From the NCBI RefSeq assembly GCF_044324785.1, contig NZ_CP172127.1: a DNA stretch of 64,000 nucleotides. One strand, 5' to 3'. Below the pieces are notes generated by a model, which saw only the letters and a program-made list of their open reading frames with translations, did not search any database and was not told where the DNA came from. The first letter of the stretch is position 1, and every line of letters starts with the position of its first letter. A program made the position numbers and the translations under genes. This document shows positions 1 to 11,782 of the stretch, piece after piece. Source of the stretch: Escherichia coli. GTDB lineage: Bacteria; Pseudomonadota; Gammaproteobacteria; Enterobacterales; Enterobacteriaceae.

Positions 1-47
1 GACTTCACAGCGTAAGATAATTGTTCATTTCGCGCTGTGGAGTCGGT

Positions 48-623
48 ATGACGCAACAAATCACCCTCATTAAAGACAAAATTCTCTCCGATAACTATTT
101 CACCCTGCACAACATTACTTACGATCTCACGCGCAAAGATGGCGAAGTTATCCGCCATAAACGTGAAGTTTACGATCGCGGTAATGGTGCAACGATCCTC
201 CTGTACAACGCGAAGAAAAAGACCGTGGTTCTGATTCGTCAGTTCCGCGTCGCTACCTGGGTTAATGGCAATGAAAGCGGGCAGCTGATTGAAACCTGCG
301 CCGGGCTGCTGGATAACGACGAACCGGAAGTGTGTATTCGTAAAGAAGCGATTGAAGAGACGGGTTATGAAGTTGGCGAAGTGCGCAAATTATTTGAACT
401 GTATATGTCGCCAGGCGGTGTGACTGAGCTAATCCACTTCTTTATCGCCGAATACAGTGACAGCCAGCGCGCTAACGCGGGCGGTGGTGTCGAAGATGAA
501 GATATTGAAGTGCTCGAGTTGCCGTTCAACAAGGCGCTGGAGATGATTAAAACCGGCGAGATACGTGACGGTAAGACGGTGTTATTGCTTAACTATTTGC
601 AAATGTCACATTTAATGGACTGA
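48..623 (+). CDS. nudK: GDP-mannose pyrophosphatase (Nudix hydrolase)
   Basis: ORF 21..623; translation from internal Met [11 protein letters not shown] recognised as NudK/YffH; 191 aa from ATG at 48. Confidence 0.85.
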   Translation: MTQQITLIKDKILSDNYFTLHNITYDLTRKDGEVIRHKREVYDRGNGATILLYNAKKKTVVLIRQFRVATWVNGNESGQLIETCAGLLDNDEPEVCIRKEAIEETGYEVGEVRKLFELYMSPGGVTELIHFFIAEYSDSQRANAGGGVEDEDIEVLELPFNKALEMIKTGEIRDGKTVLLLNYLQMSHLMD

Positions 624-748
624 AAAATAACAATAATATTTCGTTGTTTATTATTGGCTCAATCCGATAAATCCGATTGAGCCGCGCTACCTGCGCAACG
701 AAGATACGACTTGTGCTGTTTGTTTGAACTTCTGGGGTCGTACCGTCC

Positions 749-1792
749 ATGCGCTATCGCATTTTCCTTCTCTTTTTTTTCGCTTTGTTGCCGACGTCTT
801 TGGTGTGGGCGGCACCAGCGCAACGGGCGTTTTCCGACTGGCAGGTTACCTGTAATAACCAAAATTTCTGTGTAGCGCGCAATACGGGCGATCATAATGG
901 ACTGGTGATGACCCTGAGCCGCAGCGCCGGGGCGCATACCGATGCCGTTTTACGTATTGAGCGCGGCGGGTTGAAATCGCCGGATGCGTCTGAAGGGGAG
1001 ATAGCGCCACGGCTGCTGTTAGATGGTGAGCCGTTGGCATTAAGTGGTGACAAGTGGCGGATTTCACCATGGTTATTAGTAACCGATGATACGGCAACCA
1101 TCACCGCGTTTTTGCAGATGATTCAGGAAGGGAAGGCGATCACCTTACGCGACGGCAATCAGACCATTTCTCTGAGTGGCTTAAAAGCGGCGTTGTTGTT
1201 TATTGATGCTCAGCAAAAGCGCGTTGGCAGTGAAACCGCGTGGATCAAGAAAGGGGACGAACCGCCGCTCAGCGTACCGCCCGCGCCTGCGCTGAAAGAG
1301 GTCGCGGTGGTTAACCCAACGCCGACGCCACTCTCACTCGAAGAACGTAACGATTTGCTGGATTATGGAAACTGGCGGATGAATGGTCTGCGCTGCTCGC
1401 TTGATCCGTTACGTCGTGAGGTGAATGTCACTGCGTTGACCGATGATAAAGCACTGATGATGATTAGCTGTGAGGCAGGGGCCTATAACACCATTGATTT
1501 GGCATGGATTGTGTCGCGTAAAAAGCCGCTAGCCTCGCGCCCGGTTCGGTTGCGTTTGCCGTTCAACAACGGTCAGGAGACGAATGAACTGGAACTGATG
1601 AACGCAACATTTGATGAGAAATCGCGTGAACTGGTGACCTTAACGAAAGGGCGCGGATTAAGCGATTGTGGCATTCAGGCGCGCTGGCGCTTTGACGGTC
1701 AGCGTTTTCGCCTGGTGCGTTACGCCGCAGAACCCACCTGCGATAACTGGCATGGGCCAGACGCCTGGCCCACGTTGTGGATCACCCGTTAA
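749..1792 (+). CDS. ypfG: DUF1176 family secreted protein YpfG
   Basis: 347-aa ORF with N-terminal signal peptide (MRYRIFLLFFFALLPTSLVWA); position between nudK and tktB as in E. coli. Confidence 0.75.
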   Translation: MRYRIFLLFFFALLPTSLVWAAPAQRAFSDWQVTCNNQNFCVARNTGDHNGLVMTLSRSAGAHTDAVLRIERGGLKSPDASEGEIAPRLLLDGEPLALSGDKWRISPWLLVTDDTATITAFLQMIQEGKAITLRDGNQTISLSGLKAALLFIDAQQKRVGSETAWIKKGDEPPLSVPPAPALKEVAVVNPTPTPLSLEERNDLLDYGNWRMNGLRCSLDPLRREVNVTALTDDKALMMISCEAGAYNTIDLAWIVSRKKPLASRPVRLRLPFNNGQETNELELMNATFDEKSRELVTLTKGRGLSDCGIQARWRFDGQRFRLVRYAAEPTCDNWHGPDAWPTLWITR

Positions 1793-1823
1793 ACAAAATC
1801 CCAGATGCGCCCCTAAAAAGAGC

Positions 1824-1873
1824 ACGGACCGTCCCCTCGCCCCTCTGGGGAGAGGGTTAGGGTGAGGGGAACA
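1824..1873. repeat. GC-rich imperfect-palindromic intergenic repeat (boxC-like), copy 1
   Basis: acggaccgtcccctcgcccctctggggagagggttagggtgaggggaaca; near-identical to the copy at 15217..15266; lies between convergent ypfG and tktB. Confidence 0.5.
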
Positions 1874-1894
1874 TACAGCATCCGGCGATCACCA

Positions 1895-3898
1895 TCAGGC
1901 ACCTTTCACTCCCAGCACCTTATGCGCTTTTGCCACAATATTCTCGGCGGTAAAGCCAAAGAACGGGAACAGCTTATCCGCCGGAGCAGATTCCCCATAA
2001 CCTGTCATCCCGACAATTGCCCCTTTCAGGCCAACATATTTGTACCAGTAATCGGCAATACCCGCTTCCACCGCCACGCGAGCCGCAACGTTAGAAGGCA
2101 ACACCGACTCGCGATATTCCTCATCCTGGGCGTCGAAAATATCGGTCGAGGGCAGGGAAACTACGCGTACATTGCGACCTTCTCCCGCTAATTTCTCTGC
2201 CGCTTGCAGGGTGATTTCCATCTCTGAACCGGTGGCAATCAAAATAATATCCGGCTTGCCGCCGCTGTCTTTCAACACATAACCACCACGAGCAATCTCT
2301 TTAACCTGATCCGGCGTACGTTCCACCTGGGCCAGATTCTGCCTGGAGAGGATCAGTGCCGTCGGTCCGTTGTGGCGCTCAACCGCCAGCTTCCAGCCCA
2401 CCGCTGCTTCCACCTGATCGCACGGTCGCCAGGTGCTGAAATTTGGCGTTAAGCGCAGACTGGCCAGTTGCTCAACAGCCTGGTGCGTAGGACCATCTTC
2501 GCCCAGACCAATTGAGTCGTGGGTATAAACCATAATCTGCCGCGCTTTCATCAGTGCCGCCATCCGCGCGGCGTTACGGGCGTATTCAACAAACATCAGG
2601 AACGTCGCGGTATACGGTACAAATCCACCGTGGTGCGCGATGCCATTGGCGATAGCGGTCATACCAAATTCACGCACCCCGTAGTGAATATAGTTGCCCG
2701 CCGGATCTTCCTTCAGCGACACAGAACCTTTCCAGATGGTGAGGTTGCTGGGAGCCAGATCCGCCGAACCGCCGAGCAGCTCCGGTAGCATCGGCCCGTA
2801 AGCGTTAAGCGTATTTTGCGAAGCCTTACGGGTAGCGATTTTCGCCGGATTTGCCTGTAACTCATTGATATATTTCTGAGTCGTTTTCTCCCAGTCCTTC
2901 GGTAAACCACCGCTCATCCGACGGGTAAACTCTTCTGCCAGTTGCGGATGGGCCTTTTTGTAGGCTGCATACTTCTCATTCCAGCTCTGCTGCGCTTTTT
3001 CGCCTTTTTCGCGGGCATCCCAGGCGTGATAAATCTCTTTAGGGATTTCAAATGGCGGATGGTGCCAGCCCAGTTTTTGCCGTGCCAGCGCCACTTCTTC
3101 TTCCCCCAGCGGTGCGCCATGCGCCTCTTCCTTACCTGCTTTATTCGGCGATCCAAAGCCAATCACTGTACGACAGATAATCAGCGACGGCTTATCTTTC
3201 ACGCTTTGCGCTTCAAGGATCGCTTCCTTCACCGCCTGCGGATCGTGACCGTCGATCTCGTGGATCACATGCCAGTGATAGGCTTCAAAACGTTTTGCTG
3301 TATCGTCGGTAAACCAGCCTTCGGTTTCACCGTCGATGGAAATACCGTTGTGATCGTAAAAACCAATCAGCTTGCCCAGTCCCAGCGTGCCCGCCAGCGA
3401 ACAGACTTCGTGGGAAATACCTTCCATCAGGCAACCGTCGCCCATAAACACATAGGTGAAGTGATCGACAATTTCATGATCCGGCTGGTTAAACTGCGCC
3501 GCCAGTGTACGCTCTGCTATCGCCAGCCCGACGGCGTTCGCCAAACCTTGTCCAAGTGGACCGGTGGTGGTTTCAACACCTGGCGTATAACCAATCTCCG
3601 GGTGACCTGGGGTTTTTGAATGCAACTGACGGAAGTTCTTCAGCTCTTCCAGCGGCAGGTCGTAACCGGTCAGATGCAGCAAACTGTAGAGCAGCATCGA
3701 CGCGTGGCCGTTGGAAAGAATAAAGCGGTCGCGATCATACCAGGTTGGGTCGGTGGGGTTATGTTTAAGAAAATCGTTCCACAGCACTTCGGCAATATCA
3801 GCCATGCCCATCGGCGCGCCGGGATGACCAGAATTGGCTTTTTGTACCGCATCCATACTGAGTGCGCGAATCGCATTGGCAAGGTCTTTTCGGGACAT
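1895..3898 (-). CDS. tktB: transketolase 2
   Basis: Translation [40 protein letters not shown]... with TPP-binding motifs; 667 aa from the internal Met of ORF 1895..3961. Confidence 0.9.
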   Translation of the reverse strand: MSRKDLANAIRALSMDAVQKANSGHPGAPMGMADIAEVLWNDFLKHNPTDPTWYDRDRFILSNGHASMLLYSLLHLTGYDLPLEELKNFRQLHSKTPGHPEIGYTPGVETTTGPLGQGLANAVGLAIAERTLAAQFNQPDHEIVDHFTYVFMGDGCLMEGISHEVCSLAGTLGLGKLIGFYDHNGISIDGETEGWFTDDTAKRFEAYHWHVIHEIDGHDPQAVKEAILEAQSVKDKPSLIICRTVIGFGSPNKAGKEEAHGAPLGEEEVALARQKLGWHHPPFEIPKEIYHAWDAREKGEKAQQSWNEKYAAYKKAHPQLAEEFTRRMSGGLPKDWEKTTQKYINELQANPAKIATRKASQNTLNAYGPMLPELLGGSADLAPSNLTIWKGSVSLKEDPAGNYIHYGVREFGMTAIANGIAHHGGFVPYTATFLMFVEYARNAARMAALMKARQIMVYTHDSIGLGEDGPTHQAVEQLASLRLTPNFSTWRPCDQVEAAVGWKLAVERHNGPTALILSRQNLAQVERTPDQVKEIARGGYVLKDSGGKPDIILIATGSEMEITLQAAEKLAGEGRNVRVVSLPSTDIFDAQDEEYRESVLPSNVAARVAVEAGIADYWYKYVGLKGAIVGMTGYGESAPADKLFPFFGFTAENIVAKAHKVLGVKGA

Positions 3899-3917
3899 AT
3901 AACACTCCGTGGCTGGT

Positions 3918-4868
3918 TTATAGTTTGGCGGCAAGAAGATCTTCCAGTTTGCGTTGATCAACGGCGAACAGACGAATGCCTTCAGACAGTTTTTCTACCG
4001 CCATCGCATCCTGATTGTGCTCCCAACGGAACTCCGCTTCGCTCATGGGAGCTGGGCGTGGGAACGTCTGAGAAGATGGGATTAATTTACGTACCACTGG
4101 CGAAACTTTTTCCTGCAGCTCCTTCAGCAAATTCGGTGCGATAGTCAGTCGATCGCAGCCGGTTAAGGCGAGGATTTGTTCGGTGCGACGGAAGCTCGCG
4201 CCCATCACAATGGTTTCATAGTGGTGTTGCTTATAGTAGTCGTAGATATTGCGTACTGATTTAACGCCTGGATCTTCTTCCACCACATACGGGTCCATCG
4301 GCTTGCGTGCCTGATACCAGTCATAAATACGCCCGACAAACGGCGAAATAAGAAATACGCCTGCTTCTGCACAGGCCCGCGCCTGTGCAAAAGAAAACAG
4401 CAGCGTCAGGTTGCAGTTAATACCTTCTTTTTCCAGCTCTTCTGCCGCGCGAATTCCTTCCCAGGTTGAAGCCAGCTTGATCAAAATGCGTGATTTCTCA
4501 ACGCCTTGTTGCTGATACAAGTCCACCAGATGGCGCGCTTTCTCAATACTCTTTTCTTTATCAAAAGAGAGGCGTGCATCAACTTCTGTTGACACGCGAC
4601 CGGGTACGATTTTGAGAATTTCAGCACCGAAATTGACCGCCAGTTTGTCACACGCTGCGACCACCTGTTGTTCCTGGGTCTTGCCATTTTTTTTACCCCA
4701 GGCGATAGCATCGTCTATTAAATGCTCATATTGTGATAATCCGGCAGCCTTGAGTAACAGCGAAGGATTGGTGGTGGCATCCTGGGGATGATAATGGCGA
4801 ATGGACTCAATATCGCCGCTGTCTGCCACGACAGTGGTGAACTGTTTGATGCCGTCTAACTCGTTCAT
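3918..4868 (-). CDS. talA: transaldolase A
   Basis: 316-aa [22 protein letters not shown]...; immediately upstream of tktB on the same strand (talA-tktB operon). Confidence 0.9.
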   Translation of the reverse strand: MNELDGIKQFTTVVADSGDIESIRHYHPQDATTNPSLLLKAAGLSQYEHLIDDAIAWGKKNGKTQEQQVVAACDKLAVNFGAEILKIVPGRVSTEVDARLSFDKEKSIEKARHLVDLYQQQGVEKSRILIKLASTWEGIRAAEELEKEGINCNLTLLFSFAQARACAEAGVFLISPFVGRIYDWYQARKPMDPYVVEEDPGVKSVRNIYDYYKQHHYETIVMGASFRRTEQILALTGCDRLTIAPNLLKELQEKVSPVVRKLIPSSQTFPRPAPMSEAEFRWEHNQDAMAVEKLSEGIRLFAVDQRKLEDLLAAKL

Positions 4869-5156
4869 AGGAAATACTCCTTGAAAAGTAAAGTGTTAGA
4901 TGAGTGCGTTAATTCACACTTCTGAGAAATTTCGCTAAACGCATCAAAAAAGCATAGCAGACAGGCATGGTATTGCTGGATTAAGCAGGTAACATCAGTG
5001 TTATAGGATTATTACCAAAACATTATATTAATGGTGAGAGTTTGGACTTGCTCAAAGTCTGTAGACTCCGGCAAGGTAATAATGTGCGCCACGTTGTGGG
5101 CAGGGGCTGTTGCCCACACACTTTACTTGTGAACGTTACGTGAAAGGAACAACCAA

Positions 5157-7436
5157 ATGGATGACCAGTTAAAACAAAGTGCACTTGATTTCCATGAATT
5201 TCCAGTTCCAGGGAAAATCCAGGTTTCTCCAACCAAGCCTCTGGCAACGCAGCGCGATCTGGCGCTGGCCTACTCACCAGGCGTTGCCGCACCTTGTCTT
5301 GAAATCGAAAAAGACCCGTTAAAAGCCTACAAATATACCGCGCGCGGTAACCTGGTGGCGGTGATCTCTAACGGTACGGCGGTGCTGGGGTTAGGCAACA
5401 TTGGCGCGCTGGCAGGCAAACCGGTGATGGAAGGCAAGGGCGTTCTGTTTAAGAAATTCGCCGGGATTGATGTATTTGACATTGAAGTTGATGAACTCGA
5501 CCCGGACAAATTTATTGAAGTCGTCGCCGCGCTTGAACCGACCTTCGGCGGCATCAACCTCGAAGACATTAAAGCGCCAGAATGTTTCTATATTGAACAG
5601 AAACTGCGCGAGCGAATGAATATTCCGGTATTCCACGACGATCAGCACGGCACGGCAATCATCAGCACTGCCGCCATCCTCAACGGTTTGCGCGTGGTGG
5701 AGAAAAACATCTCCGACGTGCGGATGGTGGTTTCCGGCGCGGGTGCCGCAGCAATCGCCTGTATGAACCTGCTGGTAGCGCTGGGTCTGCAAAAACATAA
5801 CATCGTGGTTTGCGATTCAAAAGGCGTTATCTATCAGGGCCGTGAGCCAAACATGGCGGAAACCAAAGCCGCATATGCGGTGGTGGATGACGGCAAACGT
5901 ACCCTCGATGATGTGATTGAAGGCGCGGATATTTTCCTCGGCTGTTCCGGCCCGAAAGTGCTGACCCAGGAAATGGTGAAGAAAATGGCTCGTGCGCCAA
6001 TGATCCTGGCGCTGGCGAATCCGGAACCGGAAATTCTGCCGCCGCTGGCGAAAGAAGTGCGTCCGGATGCCATCATCTGCACCGGTCGTTCCGACTACCC
6101 GAACCAGGTGAACAACGTTCTTTGCTTCCCGTTCATCTTCCGTGGCGCGCTGGACGTTGGCGCAACCGCCATCAACGAAGAGATGAAACTGGCGGCGGTA
6201 CGCGCGATTGCAGAACTGGCCCATGCGGAACAGAGTGAAGTGGTGGCTTCAGCTTATGGCGATCAGGATCTGAGCTTTGGTCCGGAATACATCATTCCAA
6301 AACCGTTTGATCCGCGCTTGATCGTTAAGATCGCTCCTGCGGTCGCTAAAGCAGCGATGGAGTCGGGCGTGGCGACGCGTCCGATTGCTGATTTCGACGT
6401 CTACATCGACAAGCTGACGGAGTTCGTTTACAAAACCAACCTGTTTATGAAGCCGATTTTTTCCCAGGCTCGCAAAGCGCCGAAGCGCGTCGTTCTGCCG
6501 GAAGGGGAAGAGGCGCGCGTTCTGCATGCCACTCAGGAACTGGTAACGCTGGGGCTGGCGAAACCGATCCTTATCGGTCGTCCGAACGTGATCGAAATGC
6601 GCATTCAGAAACTGGGCTTGCAGATCAAAGCGGGCGTTGATTTTGAGATCGTCAATAACGAATCCGATCCGCGCTTTAAAGAGTACTGGACCGAATACTT
6701 CCAGATCATGAAGCGTCGCGGCGTCACTCAGGAACAGGCGCAGCGGGCGCTGATCAGTGACCCGACAGTGATTGGCGCGATCATGGTTCAGCGTGGCGAA
6801 GCCGATGCAATGATCTGCGGTACGGTGGGCGATTATCATGAACATTTTAGCGTGGTGAAAAATGTCTTTGGTTATCGCGATGGCGTTCACACCGCAGGTG
6901 CCATGAACGCGCTGCTGCTGCCGAGTGGTAACACCTTTATTGCCGATACTTACGTTAATGACGAACCAGACGCAGAAGAGCTTGCGGAGATCACCTTGAT
7001 GGCGGCAGAAACTGTTCGTCGTTTCGGTATTGAACCGCGCGTGGCTCTGTTGTCGCACTCCAACTTTGGTTCTTCTGACTGCCCGTCGTCGAGCAAAATG
7101 CGTCAGGCGCTGGAACTGGTCAGGGAACGTGCACCAGAACTGATGATTGATGGTGAAATGCACGGCGATGCAGCGCTGGTGGAAGCGATTCGCAGCGACC
7201 GTATGCCGGACAGCCCTTTGAAAGGTTCCGCTAATATTCTGGTGATGCCGAACATGGAAGCTGCCCGCATTAGTTACAACTTATTGCGCGTTTCCAGCTC
7301 GGAAGGTGTGACTGTCGGTCCGGTGCTGATGGGCGTGGCGAAACCGGTTCACGTGTTAACGCCGATCGCATCGGTACGTCGTATCGTCAACATGGTGGCG
7401 CTGGCTGTGGTTGAAGCACAAACCCAACCGCTGTAA
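5157..7436 (+). CDS. maeB: NADP-dependent malic enzyme (malic enzyme domain fused to a phosphotransacetylase-like domain)
   Basis: 759-aa [32 protein letters not shown]...; length and sequence match MaeB. Confidence 0.9.
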   Translation: MDDQLKQSALDFHEFPVPGKIQVSPTKPLATQRDLALAYSPGVAAPCLEIEKDPLKAYKYTARGNLVAVISNGTAVLGLGNIGALAGKPVMEGKGVLFKKFAGIDVFDIEVDELDPDKFIEVVAALEPTFGGINLEDIKAPECFYIEQKLRERMNIPVFHDDQHGTAIISTAAILNGLRVVEKNISDVRMVVSGAGAAAIACMNLLVALGLQKHNIVVCDSKGVIYQGREPNMAETKAAYAVVDDGKRTLDDVIEGADIFLGCSGPKVLTQEMVKKMARAPMILALANPEPEILPPLAKEVRPDAIICTGRSDYPNQVNNVLCFPFIFRGALDVGATAINEEMKLAAVRAIAELAHAEQSEVVASAYGDQDLSFGPEYIIPKPFDPRLIVKIAPAVAKAAMESGVATRPIADFDVYIDKLTEFVYKTNLFMKPIFSQARKAPKRVVLPEGEEARVLHATQELVTLGLAKPILIGRPNVIEMRIQKLGLQIKAGVDFEIVNNESDPRFKEYWTEYFQIMKRRGVTQEQAQRALISDPTVIGAIMVQRGEADAMICGTVGDYHEHFSVVKNVFGYRDGVHTAGAMNALLLPSGNTFIADTYVNDEPDAEELAEITLMAAETVRRFGIEPRVALLSHSNFGSSDCPSSSKMRQALELVRERAPELMIDGEMHGDAALVEAIRSDRMPDSPLKGSANILVMPNMEAARISYNLLRVSSSEGVTVGPVLMGVAKPVHVLTPIASVRRIVNMVALAVVEAQTQPL

Positions 7437-7453
7437 TTCATTCTTAACTCTCA

Positions 7454-7488
7454 CGCTTACCCTGAATATTCAGGGTAAGCGGTTTTCC
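7454..7488 (+). terminator. rho-independent terminator downstream of maeB
   Basis: Perfect inverted repeat cgcttaccctgaatattcagggtaagcg followed by gttttcc, 18 bp after the maeB stop. Confidence 0.6.
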
Positions 7489-7728
7489 TGAAATATATTA
7501 GCAAAGCTTATTACTGAGTTTGCGAATAATAAAAAAAGCAGTATATAAAATATCTCGATATTATTTTATTTATATTCATGCCTCGCATATGAAAGTTTAT
7601 TCATAACAGTAAATATCTCTCCATTCTTAGTGATCTACCTCACCTTTTAAACGCGCTTGCCGAATTTTGTTATTTACTCTGACGAAAAATTGTCACGATA
7701 CACGAAAGTTTTTCACAGGCGGCGACTC
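7489..7728 (+). promoter_or_regulatory. AT-rich control region upstream of eutS (eut operon main promoter / EutR target region)
   Basis: 240 bp strongly AT-rich intergenic DNA immediately upstream of the first eut gene; exact -10/-35 and EutR site not resolved by eye. Confidence 0.35.
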
Positions 7729-8064
7729 ATGGATAAAGAACGCATCATTCAGGAATTTGTGCCCGGTAAACAGGTCACACTGGCGCATCTCATCGCGCAT
7801 CCCGGCGAGGAACTGGCGAAGAAAATCGGCGTTCCGGATGCGGGCGCAATCGGCATTATGACGCTAACTCCTGGCGAAACGGCGATGATCGCCGGTGATT
7901 TAGCACTAAAAGCCGCCGATGTGCATATCGGTTTTCTCGACCGTTTTAGCGGCGCGTTGGTGATTTATGGCTCGGTGGGTGCAGTAGAAGAAGCGTTATC
8001 ACAAACCGTCAGCGGTTTAGGGCGTTTATTAAATTATACGCTTTGTGAAATGACCAAAAGTTAA
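7729..8064 (+). CDS. eutS: ethanolamine utilisation microcompartment shell protein (permuted BMC domain)
   Basis: 111 aa from ATG at 7729 ([32 protein letters not shown]...); first gene of the eut operon. Confidence 0.85.
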
Positions 8065-8076
8065 TACGAGGCATTC

Positions 8077-8556
8077 ATGAAACGAATTGCGTTTGTGGGT
8101 ACCGTCGGGGCAGGAAAAACAACGTTATTTAATGCGTTGCAGGGAGATTATACCCTCGCCAGAAAAACGCAGGCCGTAGAATTTAATGATAAGGGTGATA
8201 TTGATACGCCGGGTGAATATTTTAGCCATCCCCGCTGGTATCACGCCTTAATTACCACGCTACAGGATGTGGACATGCTGATCTATGTCCACGGCGCGAA
8301 TGACCCGGAAAGTCGGTTGCCTGCCGGGTTGCTGGATATTGGCGTCAGCAAACGGCAAATCGCCGTCATCAGTAAAACGGACATGCCAGATGCTGACGTC
8401 GCCGCAACGCGAAAGTTATTGCTTGAGACGGGCTTCGAAGAGCCGATTTTCGAGCTAAACAGCCACGACCCGCAAAGCGTGCAGCAACTGGTGGATTATC
8501 TGGCATCTCTCACCGAACAGGAGGAAGCAGGTGAAAAAACTCATTACAGCGAATGA
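8077..8556 (+). CDS. eutP: ethanolamine utilisation P-loop GTPase/acetate kinase-like protein
   Basis: 159 aa, Walker A motif GTVGAGKTT; operon position. Confidence 0.85.
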   Translation: MKRIAFVGTVGAGKTTLFNALQGDYTLARKTQAVEFNDKGDIDTPGEYFSHPRWYHALITTLQDVDMLIYVHGANDPESRLPAGLLDIGVSKRQIAVISKTDMPDADVAATRKLLLETGFEEPIFELNSHDPQSVQQLVDYLASLTEQEEAGEKTHYSE

Positions 8557-9232
8557 TATTCGTGAAGCACACGCGCGCGGCGAACAGGCAATGTCCGTGG
8601 TTCTGCGCGCCAGCATTATTACCCCGGAAGCCCGTGAAGTGGCGGATCTGTTGGGTTTTACCATCACTGAATGTGATGAATCGACTGCGGTAACGACGTC
8701 TGTTCCCGCCAGCGTGCCAGCCGATAAAACCGAAAGCCAGCGCATCCGCGAAACCATCATCGCCCAGCTGCCGGAAGGCCAGTTTACCGAAAGCCTGGTC
8801 GCGCAGCTGATGGAAAAAGTGATGAAGGAAAAACAGTCACTGGAGCAGGGTGCAATGCAGCCGAGTTTCAAATCGGTTACCGGCAAAGGCGGCATCAAAG
8901 TTATTGATGGCAGCAGCGTCAAGTTTGGTCGTTTTGACGGCGCACAGCCACACTGCGTCGGATTAACGGATCTGGTCACCGGAGACGACGGCAGCAGCAT
9001 GGCCGCTGGTTTTATGCAGTGGGAGAACGCCTTCTTCCCGTGGACCCTGAACTATGACGAAATCGACATGGTACTGGAAGGGGAACTGCACGTTCGCCAC
9101 GAAGGCGAAACCATGATCGCCAAAGCAGGCGACGTGATGTTTATCCCGAAAGGCTCCAGCATCGAATTTGGTACGACATCCAGCGTGAAATTCCTGTATG
9201 TCGCCTGGCCGGCTAACTGGCAATCCCTATGA
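8531..9232 (+). CDS. eutQ: ethanolamine utilisation cupin-domain protein (acetate kinase activity reported)
   Basis: 233-aa ORF with GTG start overlapping the eutP end; MKKLITANDIREAHARGEQ... Confidence 0.85.
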   Translation: MKKLITANDIREAHARGEQAMSVVLRASIITPEAREVADLLGFTITECDESTAVTTSVPASVPADKTESQRIRETIIAQLPEGQFTESLVAQLMEKVMKEKQSLEQGAMQPSFKSVTGKGGIKVIDGSSVKFGRFDGAQPHCVGLTDLVTGDDGSSMAAGFMQWENAFFPWTLNYDEIDMVLEGELHVRHEGETMIAKAGDVMFIPKGSSIEFGTTSSVKFLYVAWPANWQSL

Positions 9233-10032
9233 AAGATTTCATCACCGAAGCATGGCTAAGAGCGAACCATACGCTCAGCGAAGGCGCAGAGATCCATCTC
9301 CCTGCGGACAGTCGCCTGACGCCCTCTGCCCGGGAGTTGCTGGAAAGCCGCCATCTGCGCATCAAGTTTATTGACGAGCAGGGCCGCCTGTTTGTTGACG
9401 ATGAACAGCAGCAGCCGCAGCCCGTTCATGGGCTGACCAGTAGCGATGAACATCCGCAGGCGTGCTGCGAACTGTGCCGCCAGCCGGTGGCGAAAAAGCC
9501 GGATACGCTGACTCACCTGTCGGCGGAAAAAATGGTCGCCAAAAGCGATCCGCGCCTGGGTTTTCGCGCTGTTCTCGACAGCACCATTGCGCTGGCAGTG
9601 TGGCTGCAAATTGAACTGGCAGAACCGTGGCAGCCATGGCTGGCGGACATCCGCTCGCGTCTTGGCAACATTATGCGCGCCGATGCGCTGGGGGAACCGC
9701 TGGCCTGCCAGGCGATTGTCGGGCTTTCTGACGAAGATCTGCATCGGCTTTCTCACCAGCCGCTGCGCTATCTTGGTCACGATCATCTGGTGCCGGAAGC
9801 CAGCCACGGGCGCGATGCGGCGTTGCTCAATCTGCTACGCACCAAAGTGCGGGAAACCGAAACCGTGGCGGCGCAGGTCTTTATCACCCGCAGCTTTGAA
9901 GTATTACGCCCGGACATCTTGCAGGCGCTGAACCGCCTTTCCAGCACGGTCTACGTGATGATGATCCTGAGCGTAGCGAAACAACCGCTAACGGTGAAGC
10001 AGATCCAACAACGACTGGGGGAAACGCAATGA
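9229..10032 (+). CDS. eutT: ethanolamine utilisation corrinoid adenosyltransferase
   Basis: 267-aa ORF, ATGA overlap with eutQ; Cys-rich motif [11 protein letters not shown]; operon position. Confidence 0.85.
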   Translation: MKDFITEAWLRANHTLSEGAEIHLPADSRLTPSARELLESRHLRIKFIDEQGRLFVDDEQQQPQPVHGLTSSDEHPQACCELCRQPVAKKPDTLTHLSAEKMVAKSDPRLGFRAVLDSTIALAVWLQIELAEPWQPWLADIRSRLGNIMRADALGEPLACQAIVGLSDEDLHRLSHQPLRYLGHDHLVPEASHGRDAALLNLLRTKVRETETVAAQVFITRSFEVLRPDILQALNRLSSTVYVMMILSVAKQPLTVKQIQQRLGETQ

Positions 10033-11045
10033 TTATTGAACGTTGTCGTGAACTGGCGTTGCGAGCGCCCGCCAGAGTGGTATTTCCGGATGCGTTAGAT
10101 CAACGTGTGCTGAAAGCTGCGCAATATTTACATCAACAAGGTCTGGCAACGCCCATTCTGGTCGCCAATCCGTTTGAACTTCGTCAGTTTGCGCTCAGTC
10201 ACGGCGTGGCGATGGACGGGCTACAGGTGATAGATCCGCATGGCAACCTCGCAATGCGGGAAGAATTTGCTCTCCGCTGGCTGGCCCGTGCGGGCGAAAA
10301 AACGCCGCCGGATGCGCTGGAAAAACTCACCGATCCGCTGATGTTCGCTGCCGCAATGGTCAGCGCCGGGACAGCGGATGTTTGCATTGCGGGCAATCTC
10401 TCTTCCACGGCGAATGTGCTGCGTGCCGGATTACGCATTATTGGCTTACAGCCAGGCTGTAAAACGCTCTCCTCCATTTTCCTGATGCTGCCGCAGTACA
10501 GCGGCCCGGCGTTGGGCTTTGCCGATTGCAGCGTGGTGCCACAGCCGACGGCGGCGCAGCTGGCGGATATCGCGCTTGCCAGCGCCGAAACCTGGCGCGC
10601 CATCACCGGAGAAGAGCCGCGCGTGGCGATGTTGTCGTTTTCCAGTAACGGCAGCGCCCGTCACCCCTGCGTTGCCAACGTCCAGCAGGCGACAGAAATC
10701 GTCCGTGAGCGCGCGCCGCAGTTGGTAGTCGATGGCGAGTTGCAGTTTGACGCCGCCTTCGTGCCGGAAGTGGCGGCGCAAAAAGCGCCTGCCAGCCCAC
10801 TACAAGGCAAAGCCAATGTGATGGTTTTTCCGTCGCTGGAAGCCGGAAATATTGGCTACAAAATCGCACAACGACTCGGCGGATATCGTGCCGTCGGGCC
10901 ATTGATACAAGGACTTGCCGCGCCGATGCACGATCTCTCTCGTGGTTGTAGCGTGCAGGAAATTATCGAGCTGGCGCTGGTGGCAGCTGTGCCGCGTCAG
11001 ACAGAAGTAAACCGTGAAAGCAGTTTACAAACACTGGTTGAATGA
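10029..11045 (+). CDS. eutD: phosphotransacetylase of the eut pathway
   Basis: 338 aa, PTA family; ATGA overlap with eutT. Confidence 0.85.
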   Translation: MIIERCRELALRAPARVVFPDALDQRVLKAAQYLHQQGLATPILVANPFELRQFALSHGVAMDGLQVIDPHGNLAMREEFALRWLARAGEKTPPDALEKLTDPLMFAAAMVSAGTADVCIAGNLSSTANVLRAGLRIIGLQPGCKTLSSIFLMLPQYSGPALGFADCSVVPQPTAAQLADIALASAETWRAITGEEPRVAMLSFSSNGSARHPCVANVQQATEIVRERAPQLVVDGELQFDAAFVPEVAAQKAPASPLQGKANVMVFPSLEAGNIGYKIAQRLGGYRAVGPLIQGLAAPMHDLSRGCSVQEIIELALVAAVPRQTEVNRESSLQTLVE

Positions 11046-11083
11046 ACGGTCCCGTTCTGGACCCTGATAAAGAGGAAAGCACA

Positions 11084-11377
11084 ATGGAAGCATTAGGAAT
11101 GATCGAAACCCGGGGCCTGGTTGCACTGATTGAGGCTTCTGACGCGATGGTGAAAGCTGCGCGCGTCAAGCTGGTTGGTGTTAAGCAGATTGGCGGCGGC
11201 CTGTGTACTGCCATGGTTCGTGGTGATGTTGCAGCCTGTAAAGCCGCGACCGACGCAGGTGCTGCAGCGGCACAGCGTATCGGCGAGCTGGTATCTGTAC
11301 ACGTTATCCCGCGTCCGCACGGCGACCTGGAAGAAGTCTTCCCGATCGGCCTCAAAGGCGATAGCAGCAACCTGTAA
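11084..11377 (+). CDS. eutM: BMC-H hexameric microcompartment shell protein
   Basis: 97 aa from internal Met: [40 protein letters not shown]... (canonical BMC domain). Confidence 0.9.
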   Translation: MEALGMIETRGLVALIEASDAMVKAARVKLVGVKQIGGGLCTAMVRGDVAACKAATDAGAAAAQRIGELVSVHVIPRPHGDLEEVFPIGLKGDSSNL

Positions 11378-11483
11378 TCACCCTGTGTGACGTCGATTCG
11401 GGCGTCACGCTCTCTCCTTTTTCATTTTACCTTCCGCGGAGGGTAGGGGGAGCTTTTACCTGAAATACGCCACGGAGGCGGGT

Positions 11484-11771
11484 ATGAAACTGGCAGTCGT
11501 CACTGGACAAATTGTTTGTACCGTACGCCATCACGGACTGGCGCATGACAAATTGCTGATGGTGGAAATGATTGATCCACAAGGTAATCCTGACGGGCAA
11601 TGCGCCGTCGCCATCGACAATATTGGCGCGGGAACCGGGGAGTGGGTGTTGCTGGTGAGTGGCAGTTCCGCCCGCCAGGCGCATAAAAGCGAAACGTCAC
11701 CGGTCGATCTGTGCGTGATTGGCATCGTCGATGAGGTGGTGTCTGGCGGTCAGGTAATTTTCCACAAATAA
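11484..11771 (+). CDS. eutN: BMC vertex (pentamer-type) shell protein
   Basis: 95 aa MKLAVVTGQIVCTVRHHGLAHDKLLMVEMIDPQGNP...; EutN/CcmL family. Confidence 0.9.
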   Translation: MKLAVVTGQIVCTVRHHGLAHDKLLMVEMIDPQGNPDGQCAVAIDNIGAGTGEWVLLVSGSSARQAHKSETSPVDLCVIGIVDEVVSGGQVIFHK

Positions 11772-11782
11772 GGCAGAACATC

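Noticed and set aside
1862-2191. 109-aa plus-strand ORF starting inside the boxC-like repeat
   Set aside because: Starts within the repeat element and runs antisense into the tktB 3' end; no independent support.
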